Part shown: one piece after another, positions 51,773-59,735 of the stretch
Position numbering within the stretch: position 1 is the stretch's first letter
Layout: each line of letters starts with the position of its first letter
Assembly: GCA_964390715.1 (NCBI GenBank)
Contig: CAYMIM010000016.1
Coordinates: 1-59,735, forward strand
Reading direction: 5' to 3'
Source of the DNA: Candidatus Woesearchaeota archaeon
GTDB lineage: Archaea; Nanobdellota; Nanobdellia; SCGC-AAA011-G17; UBA489
Length of the DNA: 59,735 bases
The notes under the pieces: model-generated
Told to the model about the DNA's origin: nothing
The model's input: the letters and a program-made list of their open reading frames with translations, nothing else
Database searches by the model: none
Program-made: the position numbers and the translations under genes

Positions 51773-53809
51773 TTTACATTGCTTGTTAATACAGTAATTA
51801 AAAGGACGCTTTCCCTGGCGGATGATCAGGACTTCCGGGAAATTACACTCTTTGCAGAAATTCTTCGTTACTTTTGGCAGACCTTGCGGCAAACCGAATG
51901 TGGCTTTACATTTTGGATATGCTGAACAACCGACAAAATTGCTCTTGAATTTTGGCGAATATCTCAATTGCAAGTCGCCTTGCTTGCAGAGGGGGCAGGG
52001 AGCAATGGTACTCATTTCCGTGCGCGTTTCTTTGGTCGCTAGTAATAATCCTTGACCGATCTCTTTCTCGTGCTTCTTGAATGTTGTCAATATTTTTGTC
52101 AATGATTCCTTGGCTTCTTTGATAATATCTTCTGGCTTCTTTTTTTCCTCGCGAATTAATTCCATATCTTCCTCAAAGTGACGAGTCAAATGCTCATCGA
52201 TAATTTCTGGACAATATTTTTCCAGTGTCTCTACAGCCGCGATGCCCAATTTTGTCGCCTCAATAGATTTTTCATGCACATATTGTCGTCGATAGAGCGT
52301 GTCAATAATGTTTGTGCGTGTCGCTTTTGTTCCAAGATTTCTTTTTTCTAATTCTTTGATGATAGACGCTGGAGTAAAACGCTTGGGCGGTTTTGTCTGG
52401 TCTTCCAAAGAGGTTACTTGTGGATTCTTGACTTCCATACCTTCTTCCATAGGCGGCAATTCTTCGTCTTTTTCTTTCGCGTAAGCCCCATAGAAGGTAT
52501 ACCAACCAGCTTCTTTCGTGACTGATCCACGAGCGATAAAGTTTTCTCCATTGACGTCAATATCTGCTTTCATCAATTCATTTTTCGCTGGGTCTGCAAA
52601 TGTGGCTAATGTTCTGCGAGCGACTAGATCATAGATTTTAGCGTCTCTTTCTGTCAGCTTCTTTGGCACTTCTCCTGTCGCGTGAATAGCTGGGTGAGCT
52701 GGATCATTTTTTGGACCTTCATTGGGCTTGAGTATTTTTTTCTTGAGCAATCGCTCCGCTAACTCCTTGAACGCGCTTTGCTTGCCTAAATCTTGGATAA
52801 TTTTTTTGTAGTCTAAAGCGATAGGCAACTTATTAGAGCTAGAACGAGGATAAGAAATATATCCATGGAGATACAGATTTTGCGTGATGGACATCGTCTC
52901 TTTAGGAGAGATACCAAAACAACGATAAGCTTCTGTCTGCAAAGTCGTTAAGTCGAACGGATAAGGTGGCTGGACCAACATCTCTTTTTTCTTGACGGAA
53001 GTAACGACAGCTTTTTTTCCTTGTGTCTTTTTCAACACTGTCTCCGCTTTCGCTTTTTCCCAGAACTTGTCTTCTTCGTGCCACGCGATGATGGGTTCTT
53101 TATCGACATTACCCTCGAGCTTTAATTCCCAATAGGTTTCTGGCTTGAATTTCGCGATCTCACGATCTTTGTCTACGATGATTTTCAACGCTGGCCCCTG
53201 GACACGACCTGTCGAGAGAATTTTGAACATACCCGCGGTTTTCAGCGCCAAAGTTAACGCGCGAGAGTTGTTGATTCCATAAATCCAATCCAATTCGTGA
53301 CGAGTAATACCCGCGTGCGCTTGGTCCCAGTCCATGTGCTTCATTTTGCGCTCATAAGAGTCTACTAAATCTTTCTTCGTTAACGTTGAGAATTTCATTC
53401 TATTGGCATCTTTTTGGCCGCAGGCGAAACGCACCGCATTCAATCCCAAGACTGTCCCTTCGTCATCGAAATCTGTGCAGACGGTGAAGACATCCGCGTT
53501 TTTCGCCAGCTTTTTGAGCGTGTCAATAAAGTCTTTGGTTTGACTGGCGAATTTTCCCTGCTCATACAACGGTTTCCATTCATAACTGAAGACTGGATAA
53601 GTCCATCCTTTTTTGTCTTTCTCCGCAAGACCATAGAGATGGCCCAGACAACTAGCAATGATAATGGGTTTTCCTTTATGGGCGAAAGTATAATACGTGA
53701 CTTTTTTGTTTTTTCCCTGAGTAACTTTGTCATCCGCCAGAGCTTCCGCTATCTTCTTCGCGCTTGTTGGCTTCTCCGCGATAAGCAACTCATACGATTC
53801 CGCTTTCAT
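51695..53809 (-). CDS. topA: DNA topoisomerase I (type IA) with C-terminal zinc ribbons
   Basis: It has a Toprim N terminus (LLIAEKPSxAKKIA, DxDxEG as TDFDDEG) and a catalytic Tyr region (GYISYPRS). C-terminal CxxC...CxxC fingers are present. Confidence 0.9.
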   Translation of the reverse strand: MKAESYELLIAEKPTSAKKIAEALADDKVTQGKNKKVTYYTFAHKGKPIIIASCLGHLYGLAEKDKKGWTYPVFSYEWKPLYEQGKFASQTKDFIDTLKKLAKNADVFTVCTDFDDEGTVLGLNAVRFACGQKDANRMKFSTLTKKDLVDSYERKMKHMDWDQAHAGITRHELDWIYGINNSRALTLALKTAGMFKILSTGRVQGPALKIIVDKDREIAKFKPETYWELKLEGNVDKEPIIAWHEEDKFWEKAKAETVLKKTQGKKAVVTSVKKKEMLVQPPYPFDLTTLQTEAYRCFGISPKETMSITQNLYLHGYISYPRSSSNKLPIALDYKKIIQDLGKQSAFKELAERLLKKKILKPNEGPKNDPAHPAIHATGEVPKKLTERDAKIYDLVARRTLATFADPAKNELMKADIDVNGENFIARGSVTKEAGWYTFYGAYAKEKDEELPPMEEGMEVKNPQVTSLEDQTKPPKRFTPASIIKELEKRNLGTKATRTNIIDTLYRRQYVHEKSIEATKLGIAAVETLEKYCPEIIDEHLTRHFEEDMELIREEKKKPEDIIKEAKESLTKILTTFKKHEKEIGQGLLLATKETRTEMSTIAPCPLCKQGDLQLRYSPKFKSNFVGCSAYPKCKATFGLPQGLPKVTKNFCKECNFPEVLIIRQGKRPFNYCINKQCKLKEEWIKKQQEKNAKVEASGVDGEK

Positions 53810-53923
53810 ACTATGAACTAGTCCATCCCGCTATTAATAAATCTTTTTAGGCCTTGTTGATTCTGTTGAGAATGTTGTCGCTTAGCGTGACAGTCAATAA
53901 TAGCATTTAGAAGTATCGAACAG

Positions 53924-54616
53924 TTATTTTAATTTATTTTTTAATAGTCTCAAGCTTCTTATTGTGCTAGAACAAAATTGTCCTACTTCGTGTTCTTTTA
54001 AATCTTTAAATCGCAGATCCACATTTCTAAAGGCGTTTTTAAACAATTTTAGAGCATCTTCGTTTACGACCGCTGTGATAAACTCTTCTATCAACTTAAT
54101 AACTTCTTGGTTATGTCTAAACGTATGAATATTAATACGAGTTGTTAAGTGCGCTATATCGTAGAGGTCTTTGAATTCTCTTCTACTGATGAACGTCACC
54201 ATCTTTGTGATAAATAGCCTTTCCGGAGAATAATACAACAATTTTCCTTTATTATGAAGATTCCCAGAGATTTTAACAAAATCAACATCTATTTTTGTGT
54301 CAAATGTTTTATATGTTTCTAATTGTAGTTTCATGTGGTATCTCTTGGTAGCCGCTAATCCGCTCTTACCTTTTGAGAATTCTTTAAGAATCTTTTTTTG
54401 TTTTAGTTTTTCCAGAATGTTGATAAAATACGCTTCTATTTCTTTATAATCTTTTAGACGAGATATGTCTACATCAAAATCTAGGTCTTCAGATTCACGA
54501 TGGTGATCGAGATACAACAAAGATAAGGCTGTACCTCCTTTAATAACAAGATTGTAAGGATTGTTTCTTTCAATTTCATTCAGAAATTTTTCTAAAATTG
54601 CAAGTATCCTTGACAT
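53924..54616 (-). CDS. AbiEii/AbiGii-family nucleotidyltransferase toxin
   Basis: LVIKGGTALSLLYLDHHRESEDLDFDV is the family GG-T-A...S-x-D-L-D motif. Confidence 0.7.
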   Translation of the reverse strand: MSRILAILEKFLNEIERNNPYNLVIKGGTALSLLYLDHHRESEDLDFDVDISRLKDYKEIEAYFINILEKLKQKKILKEFSKGKSGLAATKRYHMKLQLETYKTFDTKIDVDFVKISGNLHNKGKLLYYSPERLFITKMVTFISRREFKDLYDIAHLTTRINIHTFRHNQEVIKLIEEFITAVVNEDALKLFKNAFRNVDLRFKDLKEHEVGQFCSSTIRSLRLLKNKLK

Positions 54617-55222
54617 TCAAACTCCGTATTTCGCATAATTAATTATTTCTGGTTTTTGAATATATGACTTAAATTTGGTATAATTTTTTACAAATAGATT
54701 TCCATACCTATTTAACATTTGTTTCCATACATTTTTCGCATATGTATTTTTTATTATGTTTATATCCTTGATTATTTGCTCATTGTCGGCATATTTTAAT
54801 CCTGTCTTTTTGTCGATGGAATATTTACTTTTTTCTATTGATTTGACTCTGAAAAACTTTACTGTTTTATGCGCAATACTAAGTTTTCCTTCTATCTTTG
54901 TGTTTATGATCTCTATGATCTTAGACTCAAAATACCACCCAAATCCATTATGTTTCAACGCTTCTAATCCTGTGATATAATAAGACTCTAAGCTACCTAA
55001 GAATACATTATACTCGCTTATACCTTCAATGCTACTGTCCATACATCTCTTAAGTATGTTTAACTTACCTCTCATTTTTCCTCTTAAATACCTTTTTTCG
55101 TTATCTGTTAATTCTTTTCCTATATCGAGTTTTTTTAGTATATTAAATTGCACTGGTTTAAAGAGCGTTGGAACTATTAAATCCTCCATTTCCACTAGTT
55201 TTTGTATTATTTTTTGATGCAT
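54617..55222 (-). CDS. Putative AbiEi-like antitoxin partner
   Basis: Its stop directly abuts the AbiEii ATG (TGAATG). The assignment is by position and size only. Confidence 0.4.
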   Translation of the reverse strand: MHQKIIQKLVEMEDLIVPTLFKPVQFNILKKLDIGKELTDNEKRYLRGKMRGKLNILKRCMDSSIEGISEYNVFLGSLESYYITGLEALKHNGFGWYFESKIIEIINTKIEGKLSIAHKTVKFFRVKSIEKSKYSIDKKTGLKYADNEQIIKDINIIKNTYAKNVWKQMLNRYGNLFVKNYTKFKSYIQKPEIINYAKYGV

Positions 55223-55289
55223 AGGATATAAATGTATCCGCTACTATATAAATGCTTCTATCAAAAATAGTGGGTGTATTTGGAAATGC

Positions 55290-55366
55290 TCATCCGTAAA
55301 CGCTTCCGCTATCTTCTTCGCGCTTGTCGGCTTCTCCGCGATGAGCAACTCGTATTTTTCAGGCAT
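55290..55366 (-). pseudogene. Displaced topA 5' fragment (copy B)
   Basis: The minus strand reads ATG-MPEKYELLIAEKPTSAKKIAEAFTDE then diverges and stops. In the 52-nt core I aligned there are three third-position differences from the live topA start. Confidence 0.8.
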
Positions 55367-55444
55367 GATTATCTTTCTGTTGTTTGTATATTTTTATGAA
55401 GTGCAGCGAAAAAAGATAAACCCAGCACATGTTCTCTATTCAAA

Positions 55445-55801
55445 CTACTTCTTTTTTCTTACTGCTTTCTTGAATTTTTTGTCTAAATATTCAACTTCAT
55501 TCAGCATCATTCTTTTAAGAAGAGTCCATTCATAGAGATTGTGAGTTTTTCCCCTGTATTTGTCCCAATATTTCCTATTTAACTGGTTAGGAGCATCTTC
55601 CAGCTTCATTAGCCTGCCTTTCCAGAAAATTAAAACATAGACATTGCCATTATGAAGTTCGAGAGGAACTCTCCATCCAAAAGCATCGTGATCTTCTTTA
55701 TAAGGAGAGAGCTTATCTAAAATCTCCAGATCTTTCTTTTTCAAATTCTTTAATCTTGCTCCAAAATCATTATACCTTAAGTAAAAAGTAGTTGTCCCCA
55801 T
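55445..55801 (-). CDS. Hypothetical 118-aa protein coupled to Arch_ATPase gene
   Basis: ATG 55801 lies 1 nt after the ATPase stop (TAA-A-ATG). I recognise no family. Confidence 0.5.
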   Translation of the reverse strand: MGTTTFYLRYNDFGARLKNLKKKDLEILDKLSPYKEDHDAFGWRVPLELHNGNVYVLIFWKGRLMKLEDAPNQLNRKYWDKYRGKTHNLYEWTLLKRMMLNEVEYLDKKFKKAVRKKK

Positions 55802-55802
55802 T

Positions 55803-57170
55803 TTATCTTTTCTCAAGTATATCTTCCATGTCTTTTAAATCAAAACAATAAACTTTTTTCCCTTCAAACTCTTTAATTTTTTTGGTAAAGCTTTTCGCAA
55901 AAACAACAAAGCTCTCTTTTCTTTCATCATTATTCCATGCGATATACTTTGATTTTTCTAAAAGCATTTTTACAATTTCGAAAACATTAACCTTCTCTTG
56001 CCATTTGCACTCTCCAAACAAGATACTTTTTTCCTTATTATTCACCGCAAGAATGTCAATTTCTTTGTCCTTATACCACCATTTGCCATTATCCTCAAAA
56101 TTTTTGAAAAAGGATAAAAAATTTTCCCTGATAAGCATCTCAAACCGTTTTCCTAAATAGCTGTTTAATTCATCATTATTTATTTTATACTCTCGCTTTT
56201 CTATTGACTCTCTATTTTTATGCACAATATTAAACCAAAAATCAAAAAAATTATCCCTTATATAATAGATACCTCTTTTTCTATCTCCCAACATAGAAGT
56301 TTGTCTCGAGATAAATCCATAATTTATCAAAAGCTCTAGATAGGGATATATCTCCCTTGCCTGAATTCCAACAAAATTCGCAATTCCAGAAGGTCGTGAA
56401 CTTCCATACGCAATCGCATTTATAATAGAAAAATAAGTCTTAATCTCTTTAAACTCCTGCGCAAGCAAATAAACAGGCTCTCGAAAAAAATAACCTTCCG
56501 GCTTTAAAAATTCTTCTGAGACAAACTCTGAATATGCCTTATGTTTAGAAGCAATATTGAGGTACTCTGGGATTCCATTTATTGTCAAAAATGTTTTTAT
56601 CAAATCCTCAAAATGAAAAGAGAGAAATTCATTTACAAATCCAATAGGAATTGGCGCTAGTAGAATATCTCTTGTTCTTCTTCCATAAAGAGGAGAAGAG
56701 CTTGACAAAACTTTCTCACTCATTAATCCGAATAAAGAGCCGCTTGTGATGAAAAAAATTCTAGATTCTCTTAAGAATTCATCATTAAATTTTTGTAAGA
56801 CGCTTGTGACAGAAGAATCGTTTTTTATTACGTAGGATAACTCATCTATCCATATGTATATCCTTTTCTCTTTACTTAAAACTTTTGCAAGATAATCAAA
56901 TAAAGAACTCCAGTCAGAAATATGCTGTTTCAGCAAAAAATCATCCTTGAGATACTTCGCTATTATGTCTTTAAATTGCACGATCTGCACAGCTTTATTA
57001 ACATCCTCAGCAGTATACTTTATCCCTTCTTTATTCTTAACAAACTCATTTAACAAAGTAGTTTTGCCTATTCTCCTTCTGCCAAAAACTACGATAAATT
57101 CATTTTTCTTGCTTCTCCAGTCTTTTTCAAGAACCTTTATCTCCTCTATTCTATCAATAAACCTAATCAT
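55803..57170 (-). CDS. Archaeal ATPase (Arch_ATPase/ATPase_2) with C-terminal DUF234 module
   Basis: FIDRIEEIKVLE...VVFGRRRIGKTTLL is the Walker A region and IYIWIDELSYV is Walker B. There is a wH-like middle region and a C-terminal EIDILAV...ILFGECKW, which is DUF234, PD-(D/E)xK-like. Confidence 0.75.
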   Translation of the reverse strand: MIRFIDRIEEIKVLEKDWRSKKNEFIVVFGRRRIGKTTLLNEFVKNKEGIKYTAEDVNKAVQIVQFKDIIAKYLKDDFLLKQHISDWSSLFDYLAKVLSKEKRIYIWIDELSYVIKNDSSVTSVLQKFNDEFLRESRIFFITSGSLFGLMSEKVLSSSSPLYGRRTRDILLAPIPIGFVNEFLSFHFEDLIKTFLTINGIPEYLNIASKHKAYSEFVSEEFLKPEGYFFREPVYLLAQEFKEIKTYFSIINAIAYGSSRPSGIANFVGIQAREIYPYLELLINYGFISRQTSMLGDRKRGIYYIRDNFFDFWFNIVHKNRESIEKREYKINNDELNSYLGKRFEMLIRENFLSFFKNFEDNGKWWYKDKEIDILAVNNKEKSILFGECKWQEKVNVFEIVKMLLEKSKYIAWNNDERKESFVVFAKSFTKKIKEFEGKKVYCFDLKDMEDILEKR

Positions 57171-57230
57171 AATTAGTACTAATCTAAATTAGTATATAAA
57201 TCTTTCGCTCTTAAATCAGTGTTTGTAGAG

Positions 57231-57292
57231 TCCGCTATCTTCTTCGCGCTTGTCGGCTTCTCCGCGATGAGCAACTCGTATTTTCCAGGCAT
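57231..57292 (-). pseudogene. Displaced topA 5' fragment (copy C)
   Basis: The minus strand reads ATG-MPGKYELLIAEKPTSAKKIA then diverges. It is identical to copy B over about 60 nt except for one base. Confidence 0.8.
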
Positions 57293-57317
57293 GCAAGCAT
57301 CTACTAATTCTAAGGTG

Positions 57318-58775
57318 TTAAAAATGTTTCTTTCGCTTAGCTCTATCTTTTGAGCCAGTCATATATTTATAAACTACAAAAGCCACCATCAATGCTAATA
57401 AGAAAACTACACCCCATAAATCTTTATTCAAAAGGGCTTTTGTTATGTTTGATCTCTCTTTTTCCCGTGTTTTTTCTTTAGCTGGCTCTTCTGGAATCTT
57501 CTCAATAATTTTTTGTCTCTTTTCCTCTCTCTGCAGTTTTGTTACTGTAATGGTTATCATATTTTGATTTATATCTTCAAGCAAGATCTTAATATCCTCT
57601 TCTCCATCAAAATCAAGATCTAGAGACACACCTTGTCCTTTTCCAAGATTAACTTTTATACCTAACACCGCAAAGTCTAGTAAGACTGTATCTGCGGATG
57701 GCTTTCCCACCCTCGCACTATATTCTTCCTTACCCCATAAGATGTAAATTTTTCCTATTCTTGCTACAGTATTTGTCTGCTCAACAAATTGATTCATGTC
57801 GAATGAAGCTATTGTGGCAGTTCCCTTTTGACCTCCGCCTCCGCCACCACCTCCAAGTCCATCATCACTAGATCCTCCGCTACCCCCAGAAACGCTCTCA
57901 GAAACTTCATATTGCGAGAAGCCACTTACTATAACCGCGAGCGTTTGCTCATTCAAGGTTTGTGATGTGCAAATAGTAGCTGGACAAGCATCACCGTTAC
58001 GCAACACTTGCGGGTTTGAGAAAGTAATATTATAAAAATTGAGCGCTGCCGCTATTCCTTCCAGATTCGTGAACACAGTCTCGTTGATCCGGATAGTGTT
58101 ATTTTCTATAACAACAAAAGAGTCAAAATCTATAGGAGAGTCAGACAAATTAAAATCACTTAAATTTATATTTTGAAGGAACTGAATCTTGCCGAATGAC
58201 GTGTCTTCTAACGTTAAATTAGTTACATTTTGAAGTTCTGTTTCGTTGAATAAATTAAAGTTTGTGGTTGATCCGTCGAATATCGACGCGTTTACTTCAA
58301 ACCTTATCGATCCATTGACCGCGAAAAACTTCATTGAGACTCCCATTTCATTCCCTGTATTGTTCGCGAAGACTTTGATCGCATGATATCCAAATGGCGC
58401 GTCTATGGTAGTTTGGTTCGTTCCATTGTTATCCATTACAAGCGAAATATTTACTTCTTCATCAATGGTATAAAATACCTTATCGACTGACAAGCTAGAA
58501 CTGTTTACAACAGTAATCTTTAAAGGTATAGACTCATTATTTTCGTATGTTTTATTTTCAGGCCTATTCATGGTAATTATGGGAGGTCTCGCCTCAAGCG
58601 TTGCTGAGACTGACGTTGTTCCTGATGTCGCCGCAGCATCAAACACTGAAGCAGCGTCAATTTTGGACATTCCCTCTTTGAGAATATCTGTTGAGCCTAT
58701 AACCACCAATACAAAAAGAACGCTTAAAGGAAAAAGGAACCTGAACGAGGACAGATAGTTATTACCATCGCGCAT
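57318..58775 (-). CDS. Sequon-rich secreted protein with Gly linker and C-terminal TM anchor
   Basis: It has an N-terminal hydrophobic signal or anchor and many N-x-S/T sequons. A GGSGGSSDDGLGGGGGGGG linker and the C-terminal TM VVFLLALMVAFVVY plus a basic tail follow. Confidence 0.65.
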   Translation of the reverse strand: MRDGNNYLSSFRFLFPLSVLFVLVVIGSTDILKEGMSKIDAASVFDAAATSGTTSVSATLEARPPIITMNRPENKTYENNESIPLKITVVNSSSLSVDKVFYTIDEEVNISLVMDNNGTNQTTIDAPFGYHAIKVFANNTGNEMGVSMKFFAVNGSIRFEVNASIFDGSTTNFNLFNETELQNVTNLTLEDTSFGKIQFLQNINLSDFNLSDSPIDFDSFVVIENNTIRINETVFTNLEGIAAALNFYNITFSNPQVLRNGDACPATICTSQTLNEQTLAVIVSGFSQYEVSESVSGGSGGSSDDGLGGGGGGGGQKGTATIASFDMNQFVEQTNTVARIGKIYILWGKEEYSARVGKPSADTVLLDFAVLGIKVNLGKGQGVSLDLDFDGEEDIKILLEDINQNMITITVTKLQREEKRQKIIEKIPEEPAKEKTREKERSNITKALLNKDLWGVVFLLALMVAFVVYKYMTGSKDRAKRKKHF

Positions 58776-59403
58776 TTTGGCCGTCTACGTTTGCTTTACG
58801 TCCTTTTCTTGATCTGCGAAGAAGCAACCAGACTATTACTACTATGATTAAGACAATGAGCGCTGGTGTCGCTGGTTTTTTTAAGAGTTCTACTGGTGAT
58901 TTTTGTGGCGTCGCTATTGTAGGCGCAATTGTTTCTTTATGTTCTTGGCTTGATTCTGTACTAATAATAAGATCAAATGTCTTTGTTATTCCGACACCTA
59001 GAGCAACCTGCTGCTCTCCTTCTTTTTTGAGTGTCTTAAACGCGACAGTAACAGGCATAACTGTCCCTATCTTCGCGTCAGATGGAACTGCAATGATTAT
59101 AGTTACTGGAATGTCTTTTGTTTTTGCTGGCACTTTATACACTGGTACCTTGTCCTTAAATGTTACATAAGGATTTGGCTGTTCAAGCTCCGCCTGCAGA
59201 GTAAAGTCCTCGTCACCCACCATATTTTGCAAGAGATAAGTCACTTCTCTCGTTTGCCCTGGCTGCAGACTTAAAGGATTTTCCTTCCGGTAAAAAGAAG
59301 TTACCGCTACAGCGTCCACGTGCTGCATTATCCAAATTAAGCTAAAGAAGATAAATATTACTAAGAGTACTCTTCTTTTTATGATTTTTGTTGTTCTTCT
59401 CAT
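58762..59403 (-). CDS. Secreted beta-sandwich-like protein with C-terminal TM anchor
   Basis: It has a signal or anchor VLLVIFIFFSLIWIM, an Ig-like strand pattern, and the C-terminal TM LIVLIIVVIVWLLL followed by RRSRKGRK. It overlaps the next gene by 14 nt. Confidence 0.6.
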   Translation of the reverse strand: MRRTTKIIKRRVLLVIFIFFSLIWIMQHVDAVAVTSFYRKENPLSLQPGQTREVTYLLQNMVGDEDFTLQAELEQPNPYVTFKDKVPVYKVPAKTKDIPVTIIIAVPSDAKIGTVMPVTVAFKTLKKEGEQQVALGVGITKTFDLIISTESSQEHKETIAPTIATPQKSPVELLKKPATPALIVLIIVVIVWLLLRRSRKGRKANVDGQNARW

Positions 59404-59735
59404 TTATATCACCGACACTGTCCAGCCTGTGCCATTCACTGTCGAATAAGTTTGAGCGCTTACTGAAGGAACTAAGTTTAAACACACATATAAATCCTCG
59501 ATACCTGCGGTGCTGATCGAGCGATTACCCGCATAGAGAAGCGAGCTGTTCACGCCGATTGCTGTGTTGTTCACCAGCTGCGCTAGTTCTGTAGCATTAC
59601 ATTCCAAAGCTGGAGATCCGCCAGTTTCTGTACCGACGGTGAAATTTTCCGCGGTGAGCGCTTCTGAGACAGTAACTTCTCCGACGAGATCTAAACCAGT
59701 AACGCGAGTGTTATTCATATCGATGTTATCATTTC
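59404..59735 (-). CDS. Sequon-rich surface protein, N terminus beyond window
   Basis: The frame stays open upstream of Met 59718 to the window edge. Seven N-x-S/T sequons occur in about 100 aa. Its stop abuts the next ATG (TAAATG). Confidence 0.5.
   Translation of the reverse strand, partial: NDNIDMNNTRVTGLDLVGEVTVSEALTAENFTVGTETGGSPALECNATELAQLVNNTAIGVNSSLLYAGNRSISTAGIEDLYVCLNLVPSVSAQTYSTVNGTGWTVSVI

Noticed and set aside
51597-51797. Plus-strand 66-aa ORF overlapping the radB 3' end and the topA 3' end
   Set aside because: It is an alternative frame of radB and antisense to topA, with no supporting features.
55341-55535. Plus-strand 64-aa ORF spanning topA remnant copy B
   Set aside because: It runs antisense to the topA-derived fragment and into the 3' end of the 118-aa gene, and its Phe/Leu/Tyr-rich translation looks spurious.
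1-59735. rRNA genes, CRISPR arrays, transposases or integrases
   Set aside because: I looked for them on both strands and recognised none. The mobile signatures present are the intein and the att-like topA repeats only.

Overview
This is an AT-rich archaeal chromosomal segment. The archaeal assignment rests on topoisomerase VI A/B, MCM, TBP, RFC small and large subunits, FEN1, aIF-1A, aIF-2 beta, eL37, RadB, CDC48, and BHB-type tRNA introns. Small compact genes, giant surface proteins and many leaderless promoters suggest a DPANN-like lineage; this is inference only. Most genes lie on the minus strand in tightly coupled operons with overlapping stop and start codons. Core information-processing genes are interleaved with accessory material: four toxin-antitoxin pairs (MazEF-like, VapBC, MNT-HEPN, AbiE), a secreted NlpC/P60 peptidase, and several large secreted or anchored proteins. 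The most notable points follow. (1) The 5' end of topA occurs three times (53730-53809, 55290-55366, 57231-57292). The copies bracket two unrelated cassettes, an AbiE pair and an Arch_ATPase/DUF234 NTPase with a small partner, which looks like a nested integration hotspot inside the topA start. (2) A four-gene translationally coupled operon (13462 to 3333, minus strand) encodes a 64-aa wHTH, a 658-aa anchored protein, a roughly 2390-aa secreted cysteine-rich giant and a polytopic membrane protein, none assignable to a known system. (3) A tRNA-Leu(UAG) is interrupted by two BHB introns, and a tRNA-Thr carries a 12-nt mini-intron. (4) MCM contains a 538-aa LAGLIDADG intein immediately before Walker B. 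(5) CDC48 carries a large coiled-coil insertion in D1. I saw no rRNA and no CRISPR array.
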